From NCBI GenBank assembly GCA_013359265.1, contig JABWCD010000001.1, forward strand, positions 41,000-104,999: a DNA stretch of 64,000 nucleotides, given 5' to 3'. Position numbers and translations under genes: made by a program. Source of the DNA: Candidatus Hydrogenedentota bacterium. GTDB lineage: Bacteria; Hydrogenedentota; Hydrogenedentia; Hydrogenedentales; SLHB01. This document shows, piece by piece, positions 10,119 to 19,802 of this stretch. Under the pieces are notes generated by a model that ran no database searches, was not told where the DNA came from, and saw only the letters and a program-made list of their open reading frames with translations. Every line of letters begins with the position of its first letter. Position 1 is the stretch's first letter.

Positions 10119-13100
10119 AGACGCTGGCGGGGCATCTCGGAATCGATACGTCCAATGGGTCCCTTGGGTCCTATGGGTAACTTTGTTTTCCGGTATTTCT
10201 GGCGCAGGTGCTATTACCGTTGAGCCGTTGTGGACCGCCGAGACCCACTCGATCATGGAAGGTCCGCCGATGACCGTCGATTTGGATGGCGACGGCGACG
10301 CGGAGATCGTGACGGCGGCCTACGAGGAGCTGATCGCGATTGACGGCGATGGCAAGGAACGTTGGCGTTTCGACGCCCGCGGGCGATACCAGACGTGCCC
10401 CGCAATTTGGGAACGCGATGGCGCTCCCCCACTCCTTTTCGCCGGCGACAATACGGGTCAATTCACGTGCCTGGACGGCGGGGGAAAGGTCATCTGGCAA
10501 GTCGATACGAAACCGATCTTTTGCGCGGCGCCGGCAATCGGGGATCTCGATGGCGATGGCACGATGGAAGTCGTGCAGGGCGACAAGTCGGGCATGGTGC
10601 ACGCGTTCAATGCGCTGACCGGCAAAGTAGTGTGGCAAACGCAAATCGAGGGGGAATGTTCGAGCCCGGCGCTGGCGGATTTGGACGGCGACGGCAAACG
10701 TAACGTTGTGATTGCGACGGGCGCAGGCAAGGTGTTCGCGCTTGATGCCGCCGGCGCAGTGCTGTGGACGTACGCCATGGATGGAACGACACCAGATTGG
10801 GCTACATGCTCGCCAATCGTTTTTAAGGTCGGCGACGGTAAACGTCGTATCGCCTGCTCATCGGGTAATGAGACTGTCCATTGCATCGATGCGAAAGGCA
10901 AACAAGTTTGGTCACGAACGACGCGCGGCGCCGTCGCGTCGACGTTGTCGGCGGGCGATATCGACGATGATGGTTGGACCGACCTGTTCGCAGTGACCCA
11001 GTTGGGTGTTGTGTACCGATTTGACGAAGATGGGAGGACACGCTGGCAAATCGACTCGCAGGGGCGTTCGCTCGCGCCAGGTGCGCTTGTCGACATCGAT
11101 GGAGACGAAAAACTCGAATACGTGTTGTGCACGCAAAACGGCAATCTGATCGTGATCGATAACAACGGAGACGTCGCGTTTTCCTATCAGTTCAAACACC
11201 GCACGATAAACGTGACGCCTGCATTTGGCGAGATAGCGCCGGAGCGCGAGGGAATTGAATTTGTCGTTACGGGGGGCGAATCCGGACGCGTGATTTGCTT
11301 CGGCGCCCCCGCGCGCGTGGGCACGCGCAGCCAGTGGCGAAGCTATCGCGGCGATTCGCGGCTTGTCGCGGCATGGCTTCCGGAAGAGCAGGATGCTGTT
11401 GCCAGCATCGCGCCCGTGGATTTGGACGCGGACGGACTGGTCTGCGGCGACGTAGTTCGTTGTCGTGTCATGAACCATCAGCCGGAACGAAGCGATCTTT
11501 TCGCGGAAGTAGCCATCGAGGACCCCGCCGGCGAGATTCGAAGCGCGCTCGGGCGCGTCGACGGTGCGCAAACGGTCGTCGAACTGCCTGTTTCGATACG
11601 CCAGGCAGGAACGTACGCGCTGAAGTGGCGCGTCAAGGACGGCAACGGATTTGTGCTTGCGTGCGGCGAACAGAAAACGGATATCACGCCATTCAAGAAT
11701 GACCGATCCCTCCTGGAGATGACGTTGCTTCAATTGCGTGCGGCTGTAGGCGGCGCGCGGCCTGCGGATGACGACGGCAGTTTTCGCGCGGCGTTGCACT
11801 CGGAGACGAAGGAAATTCTTAGGGTTGCGGTCCCCTTACAGACGCGGTGGGGCCGCACGAATTCGCTTGCGCAAGAGGATTGGCAGGACCTCGAACGTGA
11901 CACGGCGGAATTGAACGCGCGATGCCGGCGCGCCGCCAAATTCGCAGATATGGTAGATATGGGTTTGATGAAAAGTTTTAAGGCAGGGCTGGTTCCTTTT
12001 CAGGAATCGGATGGGGACAGCCGCGATCTTGGAAAACGCGTTCCGCAATTGGTGTTCCTCCCGTATCCGATAAAGCGTCGCTGCGTGGTTGGGGAGCACG
12101 AGCCGGTTTCGATCAAATTGTTCAACGCGTCGAATGAAGCGCTTCGTCCATCCATAAAGGTTACTTCAGCGTCGGCGGGGATTCGGACTCAAGTGCTCGC
12201 CCCGAAAGAGGCGCCCACGAATCTCGGCGGCACGGCCTGGGACGCGCTCGTGCCAAGTGGCGATGCGCAGTTGGAGATTCCCCCTCTCGAGTCGCGCGAG
12301 ATTTGGCTTGATATCGATGCAACAGAGGCAAAACCAGGAGAGCACAGAATAGACGTTTCCGCCCAGACAGAATCCGGCAATACAGAAGTAAACGTTTTTC
12401 TGGATATTTTGCCGTTTGCCATGGCGGGTTACGATCAAATGCGCATGTGCGCCTGGGCGAAGTATGACGAGCACGCCGTGAGGGACCTTCTGGCGCACGG
12501 GAACACGGTATTCATCGGGAACCTGCCGCCCGCAACGGTGACGGACGGAACATCTCCCGGCATTGTGTGCGACTATGGCCCGCTGAACGGGTTTCTCGCA
12601 CCGCTGAAGGGACACGACGTGTACCTGCTGTTTCACGGCATTCCGCAGTTGGGCGTGCCGATGGAAAGCGACGAATATGTGCCGCGTTTTGCGGAGTACA
12701 TGAAGTTGGTGCTCGCGCATTTGGCGGCGAATGGGTTCGATGAGGAGCACGTTGCGTTGTATCCGTACGACGAGCCGGGCGGCAACGGTTGGAACGTCGT
12801 GAAACAGTACACGGCGTTCGCGCAGCAGGCGTTGAAGGCGCTGCCAACCCTGAGATTCTACGTCAACGGAGGGGCGGACCTTCCGAAGTTCGAGGAAATG
12901 GCGGAGTACGCGGGAATTTGGAGTCCGGGCATCTACATGCTGCCGGAGCGGTCGCCGGAGATGGAACTGCTGCGAAAAACCGGCAAGCCGTTGTGGTCGT
13001 ACGACTGCGCATACCTGTTTTCGCGGCCGATCGGCGCAAACACGAAGACGGTCAACGTCGTCGCACAATATCGATTGTCGGCGATCATCGCAATGAACTA

Positions 13101-13485
13101 CGGCGCGACGGGAATCGGCTGGTGGTGCTACAACCACGGGCCGTCGATGTGGGACCCGATACCGTTCGAGTATCCGCTCGTGTATACGAACGAGGACGGC
13201 ACGGTGACGACATCGCGGCGGTGGGAAGCGGTGCGCGAGGGAGTGGAGGACGCGCGGATATTGATTGCGCTACGGGAAAGGCTGGGCGATGATTCCGTGA
13301 GTGGCGAGGCGAAAGAGAAAATCCGGCACTTATTGGAGAAAACCGTTCCGGAACTGTCGAAGCAAACGATGGAATATGCGCGATTGGGTGTCGCGCGGTA
13401 TGTGATTGATGAGACGCATAACGACGAGTTGGTGGAGCGGCTGCGGGCGGAGATGATGAATTGTGTGGCGGCGGTGGGGAGATGA
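10111..13485 (+). CDS. Large secreted protein: N-terminal FG-GAP/PQQ-like beta-propeller and C-terminal glycoside-hydrolase-like (DUF4091/GH123-like) domain
   Basis: Signal-like N-terminus; repeated DLDGDG Ca-binding loops; YPYDEP; SRRWEAVREGVED. Confidence 0.75.
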   Translation: MCRDAGGASRNRYVQWVPWVLWVTLFSGISGAGAITVEPLWTAETHSIMEGPPMTVDLDGDGDAEIVTAAYEELIAIDGDGKERWRFDARGRYQTCPAIWERDGAPPLLFAGDNTGQFTCLDGGGKVIWQVDTKPIFCAAPAIGDLDGDGTMEVVQGDKSGMVHAFNALTGKVVWQTQIEGECSSPALADLDGDGKRNVVIATGAGKVFALDAAGAVLWTYAMDGTTPDWATCSPIVFKVGDGKRRIACSSGNETVHCIDAKGKQVWSRTTRGAVASTLSAGDIDDDGWTDLFAVTQLGVVYRFDEDGRTRWQIDSQGRSLAPGALVDIDGDEKLEYVLCTQNGNLIVIDNNGDVAFSYQFKHRTINVTPAFGEIAPEREGIEFVVTGGESGRVICFGAPARVGTRSQWRSYRGDSRLVAAWLPEEQDAVASIAPVDLDADGLVCGDVVRCRVMNHQPERSDLFAEVAIEDPAGEIRSALGRVDGAQTVVELPVSIRQAGTYALKWRVKDGNGFVLACGEQKTDITPFKNDRSLLEMTLLQLRAAVGGARPADDDGSFRAALHSETKEILRVAVPLQTRWGRTNSLAQEDWQDLERDTAELNARCRRAAKFADMVDMGLMKSFKAGLVPFQESDGDSRDLGKRVPQLVFLPYPIKRRCVVGEHEPVSIKLFNASNEALRPSIKVTSASAGIRTQVLAPKEAPTNLGGTAWDALVPSGDAQLEIPPLESREIWLDIDATEAKPGEHRIDVSAQTESGNTEVNVFLDILPFAMAGYDQMRMCAWAKYDEHAVRDLLAHGNTVFIGNLPPATVTDGTSPGIVCDYGPLNGFLAPLKGHDVYLLFHGIPQLGVPMESDEYVPRFAEYMKLVLAHLAANGFDEEHVALYPYDEPGGNGWNVVKQYTAFAQQALKALPTLRFYVNGGADLPKFEEMAEYAGIWSPGIYMLPERSPEMELLRKTGKPLWSYDCAYLFSRPIGANTKTVNVVAQYRLSAIIAMNYGATGIGWWCYNHGPSMWDPIPFEYPLVYTNEDGTVTTSRRWEAVREGVEDARILIALRERLGDDSVSGEAKEKIRHLLEKTVPELSKQTMEYARLGVARYVIDETHNDELVERLRAEMMNCVAAVGR

Positions 13486-13494
13486 GGACGGAAG

Positions 13495-13535
13495 TCGTGA
13501 GTGCTCTTTCGTGCTCGTACTCGTAGTTGATCGTA
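13495..13535. repeat. Degenerate CTCGTR/ATCGTA hexamer repeat (family C)
   Basis: ttcgtgctcgtactcgtagttgatcgta; similar tracts at 19721 and 57253. Confidence 0.55.
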
Positions 13536-13572
13536 CCGGCTGTGCGATCGCTGGACTACACCAAGATCGAAT

Positions 13573-13618
13573 CGGAGCTTTTCAAGAGTGCGTTCCCAAG
13601 CCGGAGCTTGGGAACGAG
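13573..13618. repeat. REP-like palindromic element (family A)
   Basis: cggagcttttcaagagtgCGTTCCCAAGccggagCTTGGGAACGag; related copies at 25224, 59243 and 61719-61960. Confidence 0.85.
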
Positions 13619-14574
13619 GATTCGCTTGGTGCGAGGAGCAGGCAACCTACCAATACGACGTCTTCGCCGAGGGCGCAGGGGACAATTTCGTATTTGCCGC
13701 GAAAAGCGCCGAAGCAGAGGGTTGCTACATGGCCGCGAATTGGATTCAGTAGCACGTCGCCGAGGAGGCTGACGCCGCCGCCGATAGCGATGCGTTCAGG
13801 ATGAATGAGCGTGATGACATTTGAGAGCGCCACGCCGATGCCTTGCGCAATATCGTTCAGTTCATTCCGCGCGAATGGGTCGCCGGCGCGCGCGGCCTCC
13901 CCGAGGATGGCGCAAGTGATGCGCTGAGGATCGCCATCGCAAAGGCGATGGAGCGGCGATCCGGGCGCGAGTCGCGCGGAAGCGCGAACGCGTTTCTCGA
14001 TGGACCAACCACTGCAGAGGTTCTCAAGTTTGTTGAAGCCGCCGGGTGTGAAGTTCGTCCAATCGGGAATGTAGGTGTGGCCGATTTCCGCGGCGCCGAA
14101 CCCTTGGCCGTCGTGGAGCATGCCGTTTATAACGAAGCCACCGCCGATGCCGCTGCCGATGTTCATGTAGCAGAAGGTACGCGTGCCCTTGCCCGCGCCG
14201 CACACGTACTCGCCCCAGCACGAGACGCTGGAGTCGTTGCCGACGAAGACGGGTACGCCGAAGCGCGATTCGAAGTATTGCTTGAGCGGGTAGTCGCTCC
14301 AGCCGCCAACCTGGTGCGAAACGAGCGCTTTGCCCGTTGCAGTTTCGATCGGTCCACCGAAACCAACGCCAATACCGCTGACGCGAGCACCCCGCGATTG
14401 CGCTTCATTAAGCAGCTTTGGAACCGATTCGTCAAACCACGAGAGTATCGCTTGCGCGCCTTCGGATGCAGGCGCGGCGCCGCGTTCGCGAGTGATAATT
14501 TTACCGTCGTGTGTGCCGAGGGCAGCCTGGAGCTTTGTGCCGCCAATTTCGAGGGCGAGTACTAGATTTGACAT
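13582..14574 (-). CDS. ROK family sugar kinase
   Basis: LEIGGTK, GVGFGGP, GSGIGGG, AEIGH, LENLCSG. Confidence 0.92.
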   Translation of the reverse strand: MSNLVLALEIGGTKLQAALGTHDGKIITRERGAAPASEGAQAILSWFDESVPKLLNEAQSRGARVSGIGVGFGGPIETATGKALVSHQVGGWSDYPLKQYFESRFGVPVFVGNDSSVSCWGEYVCGAGKGTRTFCYMNIGSGIGGGFVINGMLHDGQGFGAAEIGHTYIPDWTNFTPGGFNKLENLCSGWSIEKRVRASARLAPGSPLHRLCDGDPQRITCAILGEAARAGDPFARNELNDIAQGIGVALSNVITLIHPERIAIGGGVSLLGDVLLNPIRGHVATLCFGAFRGKYEIVPCALGEDVVLVGCLLLAPSESSFPSSGLGTHS

Positions 14575-14587
14575 CAGGATAGTCTGG

Positions 14588-16024
14588 TTACGCGATGATC
14601 TTGTGCAGCACCTTGCCCGACACGTCCGTTAGCCGGAAGTTTCGGCCGTTGTGGACGTAGGTGAGTTCTTCGTGGTCGATGCCGCAGAGTGCGAGGATTG
14701 TGGCGTGAAGGTCGGGGACGGAGACGGGATCGACGGCGGCTTTGTAGCCGACTTCGTCGGTCTCGCCGTAGCTGGTACCGCCCTTGACGCCGCCGCCGGC
14801 CATCCACATGAGGAAGCCGTCGGGATTGTGGTCGCGGCCGATGCCGTTTTGCGAGACCGGCAGGCGGCCGAATTCCCCGCCCCAGACGACGAGCGTGGAA
14901 TCGAGCAAGCCGCGGCGCTTGAGATCGGTAAGCAAGCCCGCGATGGGCACGTCGGTCTCCGCGCAGTGCATGTCGTGGTTTTCGACTAGGCCGTTGTGCG
15001 CGTCCCAACTGTCCTGCTGGTGGCCGCCGCCGCTGTAAACCTGCACGAATCGCACACCGCGCTCGACGAGCCGGCGCGCGACGAGGAGTTGGCTGCCGAA
15101 GTATTTCGTCTTGTCCTGATCGAGACCGTAAAGTTTTTTTGTCTCGTCGTTTTCCTTCGTAATATCGACGGACTCGGGGGCGGCGCTTTGCATGCGGTAT
15201 GCAAGTTCGAAGCTTTCGATACGCGCAGCGAGATCCGCCTCGTGCGGATGTTCCTCGTAGTGCGCTTGATTAAGCTGTCCGAGCAGATCAAGTTGCGCGC
15301 GCTGTTGTTCATCGTTCATGCCGCGCTGCTTTTCAAGGTTTATGATCGGCGAACCGCTGTTGCGCAATGGTGTCGCTTGAAACGAGCTCGGCAGAAATCC
15401 CGAGCCCCAGTTCTGCGGACCGCCGATGGGGCCTCCGCGGGGATCGTACATGACGACATATCCCGGCAAGTTCTGGTTCTCGGTTCCGAGGCCATACGTT
15501 AGCCAGGAGCCAATGCTCGGGAATCCCACGCGAATGTACCCGGTGTTCATCTGGAACAGCGCGGGCGCGTGGTTGTTGCTGTCGGCATAGCAGGATTTGA
15601 TGAACGCGATGTTGTCCACGCACTGCGCGAGCGCGGGGTATTTTTCGCTCACCCACGCGCCGGATTGACCATACTGTTTGAACGCGTAGGGGCTTCTCAT
15701 TAGCGGCCCGGGATTCGGGCTGAAGGGTTTGAGTTCGCCTTTCCAGTCGAGTTTTTTGCCGTCGAACTTGTCAAGATCCGGTTTGTAGTCGAAGAGGTCG
15801 AAGGCGCTGGGACCGCCGTACATGAACAGGAATATGACCGATTTCGCCTTTGGCGCGAACTGCGCGTTCTTCGCCGCAAAGGGCGACGCGGCGTTTGCCG
15901 ATTGCAGTAAACCGCCGAGACCCAGCATACCGAAGCCGAGGCCGGTGCGTTTGAGGAAGTCGCGGCGGGTAGTAAAGGTCTGGCTGCGGCCAAAGTCGCA
16001 GTGCGTGCAGGTTGGGTTGGTCAT
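14588..16024 (-). CDS. DUF1501 domain protein (Tat-exported, sulfatase-like fold)
   Basis: TRRDFLK Tat motif; FMYGGPS, ARRLVERGVRFVQ, WGGEFGRLP, GRDHNP. Confidence 0.92.
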   Translation of the reverse strand: MTNPTCTHCDFGRSQTFTTRRDFLKRTGLGFGMLGLGGLLQSANAASPFAAKNAQFAPKAKSVIFLFMYGGPSAFDLFDYKPDLDKFDGKKLDWKGELKPFSPNPGPLMRSPYAFKQYGQSGAWVSEKYPALAQCVDNIAFIKSCYADSNNHAPALFQMNTGYIRVGFPSIGSWLTYGLGTENQNLPGYVVMYDPRGGPIGGPQNWGSGFLPSSFQATPLRNSGSPIINLEKQRGMNDEQQRAQLDLLGQLNQAHYEEHPHEADLAARIESFELAYRMQSAAPESVDITKENDETKKLYGLDQDKTKYFGSQLLVARRLVERGVRFVQVYSGGGHQQDSWDAHNGLVENHDMHCAETDVPIAGLLTDLKRRGLLDSTLVVWGGEFGRLPVSQNGIGRDHNPDGFLMWMAGGGVKGGTSYGETDEVGYKAAVDPVSVPDLHATILALCGIDHEELTYVHNGRNFRLTDVSGKVLHKIIA

Positions 16025-16045
16025 GATACTTCAATTCCAGAATTA

Positions 16046-16224
16046 GCCACGAAAGAACACAAAGAGCGCAAAGAAATCGCGCGAAAGGACTCAGAGAACC
16101 TAAGACGGCCTCGGCCCGAAACGAAATTATGTGAAGGGTTCAGCAGATCGGGTATCGGGTTTCGGGTATCGGGTTTCGGGAACACAGCGAGCGAAGTAGG
16201 AATCTCAGAATCTGAAATTTGAGA
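16046..16224. repeat. Low-complexity spacer with short tandem repeats
   Basis: gccacgaaagaacacaaagagcgcaaaga; tcgggtatcgggtttcgggtatcgggtttcggg; aatctcagaatctgaaatttgaga. Confidence 0.6.
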
Positions 16225-16399
16225 CCTCAAAGAATTGGAGACGCTGAACTTGCGATCTCGTCTCATTCGTTGCAGATGGATACAGAATTTCCTTTGCGCA
16301 TTTACGAGAATCGACGCGAAAAGAATAGTCGCACTGAGACGAGTATTAGTTCTAAGACGCGCGCGTACGTCCTTAAAGTTGTTGAAGCACGAAGAGAAA

Positions 16400-16741
16400 T
16401 CAGATGTCTTCATCGCTTTCTGCCCAGTATTTTGCAGATCTCTTCGTATCTCTTTCTACATCGCGCGCATGTGGCAATTGTATACCATGATGCACGAGTA
16501 CATCCTCGTAATGCAGCAGGGCCGATTCTAATAGTTCCGCCAACCGCAAAGCTGTCAGAAAAGTTTCGTCGTCAACCTTTCCTTCCAAACGTTCAATAAG
16601 CTCGATACTTAATGCGACGTTAATAGATAACGAATCACCTTGAATGACCACACCTGGGAACTTTCTTTCCGGCATTCTAATGACGCATGCATTCGTCGCG
16701 TGAGAATAGACTTCGATCTGCTCTTTGATCATCTGATCCAT
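16400..16741 (-). CDS. Small AT-richer protein resembling the DUF6959 family
   Basis: IEVYSHATNACVIRMPERKFPGVVIQGDSL...HYEDVL..HGIQLP pattern, recalled as typical of DUF6959. Confidence 0.7.
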   Translation of the reverse strand: MDQMIKEQIEVYSHATNACVIRMPERKFPGVVIQGDSLSINVALSIELIERLEGKVDDETFLTALRLAELLESALLHYEDVLVHHGIQLPHARDVERDTKRSAKYWAESDEDI

Positions 16742-16753
16742 CCCGGCAAGAGT

Positions 16754-19186
16754 TCAGTCGACATACACGAACTCGTTCAGGCTCAGGATTACCTGGGCGA
16801 AGTCGACGAGAGCGGATTGGACGACGTCCTTGTCCTTTAGCGCGTAGTAGTTTGTCTTGGTTTCGTCGGCTTCCTGCTTGATGTGTCGCTGCACCTGCTT
16901 TTCGAGAAAACCGAGGGAGAGCGCCAGTTCGTGATCGGTTGGCGGGCGGTTGAGTGCAAACGCGAATGCGCGGCGGACCCAGCCTTCGCGGTTATCGCCG
17001 GCTTCTGCGCGCAGGCGATCGGCAAAGAATCTGGCCTGATCGCTGCTGAACGCGCTGTTCATCATCGAGAGCGATTGCGTGGGCGTGACGGTTGCGAGGC
17101 GGCGTCCGCAACTGACGACGGTATCCGGCGCGTCGAAGGATTCGATCATCGGCATGCGCGCGGAACGGCGTACGAAGATGTAGATGCTGCGCCGCCACGT
17201 GTCCGGGCCATCTTTCGCGTCGAGCGGCCACTTGGGCGTAGAGCCGGTGGCCACGGCGTCGGGCGGCATGAACGGAAACACGCCCGGCCCGTACATGCGC
17301 GGATTGAGGCAATTCGTAATCGCGAGGGTCGCGTCCCGAATGATTTCCGCTTCGAGGCGTTTGGGGTTTTGCCGCCACAGCAGCCGATTGTCCGGATCGA
17401 TTGCGGCGGCCGTCTCGTCATATTCGGAGGACTGTTGATACACGGCGCTCATGAGGATGAGTTTGTGAATGTGTTTCAGGCTCCACCCGTTCTGCACCAA
17501 TTCCGCCGCGAGCCAATCGAGTAGTTCCGGGTGCGAGGGCCGGTCGCCCTGGCGGCCAAAGTCGTTCGGCGTGCGCACAATGCCGTGGCCAAAATAGTGA
17601 TTCCATACCCTGTTCACGATCACGCGTGCGGTCAGGCGGCCCGCACCGCGGTCGACATCTGTCAGCCATTCGGCGAGCGCCGCGCGGCGAAAGGTGGTTT
17701 TCGCATCGGCGGTGCGCAGTGTCGCGGGCGCAAATCGATCATCTTCCGAACCCGGCAGGACCGAGAGGAACCCCAGCGCCACCTTCTCCTGTTTCGCATC
17801 CGGATTGCCGCGCGCGAGGAAGTAGCTGTCCGCAGGCTCCGGTTTCGCGTCGGTAAGCGCGAGGGCAAGCGGCGGCGAGACCGGCTTTTCGATCTCGATA
17901 GCGGCAATCGATGCGAGCGCGGCATCGGCCTTTGCGATGGACTCGGCGTCGAGCTGTGTGCGGATTTCCTCGTCCGGGACTTTTAACGCTTCCGCGTGTT
18001 TCGCGAGGAGTTTCTTTTGGCTTTCGTTCGTGTCGTCCTTCGCCAGTTTCAATAGCGACTTCTCGTCGTCGGTGGCCCGGAGGGCGTCGATCCTTGCGAT
18101 GCGCAGTTGGTCGCGGACCGGCGAATAGATTGCCTGAAGCGCGGCATGCGCCTCCGCGTTCCTCCCCTCCCACTCCGCCACCTTCACGCGGTACGCATCC
18201 GCCTCCGCACGCGGCGCCATCAACGCTTCGTAGCGTTTCGTCGAGGTGAACGCAGAGAGCATGCGGTAGTAGTCGTGCGAGGAGATCGGATCGTACTTGT
18301 GATCGTGGCAGCGGGCGCAGGCGACGGTCATACCGAGGAACGCGACGCTCGTAGTCGAGAGCATGTCGTCCCATTCGTCGTACTTGTTCAGTTCGAGTTC
18401 CTGGTTCGAAACCGTGGGGCCGCTCGTGCAGAACCCGGTGGCCGCAAGCGCGAGCGGATTCTCCGGCGCGCACTCGTCGCCGGCGAGTTGCCACTTAACG
18501 AAGGTGTCGAAGGGCAGGTCGTCGTTGAAGGCACGGATGACGAAATCGCGGTAGTGGTAGGCATTGGGCCGTTCGATATCGAACTCATACCCGTCGCTGT
18601 CGGCGTAGCGGGCGACGTCAAGCCAGTGGCGTCCCCAGCGTTCGCCGAAGTGCGGGCTGGCGAGCAAGTGGTCCACCAACTTTTCGTAGGCCTCTGGCGA
18701 CGGATCTCGCTCGAATGCTTCGATTTCCTCCGGTGACGGTGGGAGGCCGATGAGATCGTAATAGAGACGGCGAACGAGTTTGCCTGGCGAGACCTGTGGC
18801 GATGGGGCGATGCCTTTCGCTTCGAGCGCCGCGCCGATGAATGTGTCGATCAGCGTCGTTGACCAAGAGGAATTGCGCATGGCCGGTGGATCGACTCGTT
18901 TCAGCGGCTGGAACGACCAGAACGCGCGGTCCTCATCGGTCACTTTCCGATGCGGGATTTTGGGATTCTTGGCCGGCGAGACGGCTTTATCAATCGAATC
19001 GAGGCGTCGAAGCAGCGACTCGCGCTGCGCCTGCACTTCGGTTACGGACGCCCGCAGCCTCTCAAGCTGCGCCGAGGGGTCCTCCGCGGCGGAAATCGGG
19101 TAGGTGAGCGTTAGAACGGCGACCGCCAGCGGTGCAACGAGGCACCGGCGCGATCGTCCCCCAAACCCTGTAACCAAGCCAGCCAT
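16754..19186 (-). CDS. DUF1549/DUF1553 (PSCyt2/PSD1) planctomycete-type cytochrome c domain protein
   Basis: FWSFQP, LVRRLYYDLIGLPP, GERWGRHWLDVARYADS, CARCHDHK heme motif, PSHPELLDWLA; start taken at ATG 19186. Confidence 0.92.
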   Translation of the reverse strand: MAGLVTGFGGRSRRCLVAPLAVAVLTLTYPISAAEDPSAQLERLRASVTEVQAQRESLLRRLDSIDKAVSPAKNPKIPHRKVTDEDRAFWSFQPLKRVDPPAMRNSSWSTTLIDTFIGAALEAKGIAPSPQVSPGKLVRRLYYDLIGLPPSPEEIEAFERDPSPEAYEKLVDHLLASPHFGERWGRHWLDVARYADSDGYEFDIERPNAYHYRDFVIRAFNDDLPFDTFVKWQLAGDECAPENPLALAATGFCTSGPTVSNQELELNKYDEWDDMLSTTSVAFLGMTVACARCHDHKYDPISSHDYYRMLSAFTSTKRYEALMAPRAEADAYRVKVAEWEGRNAEAHAALQAIYSPVRDQLRIARIDALRATDDEKSLLKLAKDDTNESQKKLLAKHAEALKVPDEEIRTQLDAESIAKADAALASIAAIEIEKPVSPPLALALTDAKPEPADSYFLARGNPDAKQEKVALGFLSVLPGSEDDRFAPATLRTADAKTTFRRAALAEWLTDVDRGAGRLTARVIVNRVWNHYFGHGIVRTPNDFGRQGDRPSHPELLDWLAAELVQNGWSLKHIHKLILMSAVYQQSSEYDETAAAIDPDNRLLWRQNPKRLEAEIIRDATLAITNCLNPRMYGPGVFPFMPPDAVATGSTPKWPLDAKDGPDTWRRSIYIFVRRSARMPMIESFDAPDTVVSCGRRLATVTPTQSLSMMNSAFSSDQARFFADRLRAEAGDNREGWVRRAFAFALNRPPTDHELALSLGFLEKQVQRHIKQEADETKTNYYALKDKDVVQSALVDFAQVILSLNEFVYVD

Positions 19187-19303
19187 GGGACTAGAGTAAA
19201 CATGTAGACACGATGGCGCAACTGCGCGTTGTTTCAGGGGTTGCGGGCAGATACCATATGGGCTGCACGACTCCATTGGCGCCTGCGGGTGAAGGACGAC
19301 TCG

Positions 19304-19555
19304 ATGAGCAGCAAATCTTCGGGGGAGAAATCGGCGAATCCGGACAATCCGTACAACATCGATTTTGCGCGGGAGCGCCGGTTGAAAAAGACGTTTCAAC
19401 TGCTTATCGGCGGCGCGTTTGTCGTCGCGCTTATCCTTCTGGTCGTCGCATATGCGATGGATACACTACTCCGAGAGAACGTGGACGGCGGCGCTCCGGT
19501 AACCCCATACAGCACACCCGCGCAGGCGACCGATCGGCAGGTTGCGCCAAAGTAA
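19304..19555 (+). CDS. Small single-pass membrane protein (hypothetical)
   Basis: GAAGGA RBS before ATG; basic patch then hydrophobic helix LLIGGAFVVALILLVVAYAM. Confidence 0.6.
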   Translation: MSSKSSGEKSANPDNPYNIDFARERRLKKTFQLLIGGAFVVALILLVVAYAMDTLLRENVDGGAPVTPYSTPAQATDRQVAPK

Positions 19556-19720
19556 GCTGGTTACGGCCGCGAGGTGGAGTATTCGATGCGAAGACCTGCT
19601 GAGACTTTTGATTTTCCGGGGACCGTACCATAAACTTTTCGGTTCGTTCGACAATGCGCATGCCATCAAGTATGCGTAGTAGGCGGGCGAAGACAGGTAA
19701 ACCGGGTTAAATCGAAGAGT

Positions 19721-19758
19721 CGATTACGATTACGAGCACGATTACGAGCACGAGCACG
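19721..19758. repeat. Hexamer tandem repeat TACGAT/CACGAG (family C)
   Basis: cgattacgattacgagcacgattacgagcacgagcacg. Confidence 0.75.
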
Positions 19759-19802
19759 GAAGGAACGGCGCGTGACACGGGATGTGTTCGCCAGGAAGGG
19801 CA

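Noticed and set aside
16021..16413. 130-aa ORF between the DUF6959-like gene and DUF1501
   Set aside because: Runs through micro-repeats and has no recognisable motif, although its ends overlap both neighbours
19187..19399. 5' extension of the DUF1549/1553 ORF
   Set aside because: Overlaps the divergent small membrane-protein gene; the signal-like segment lies downstream of ATG 19186
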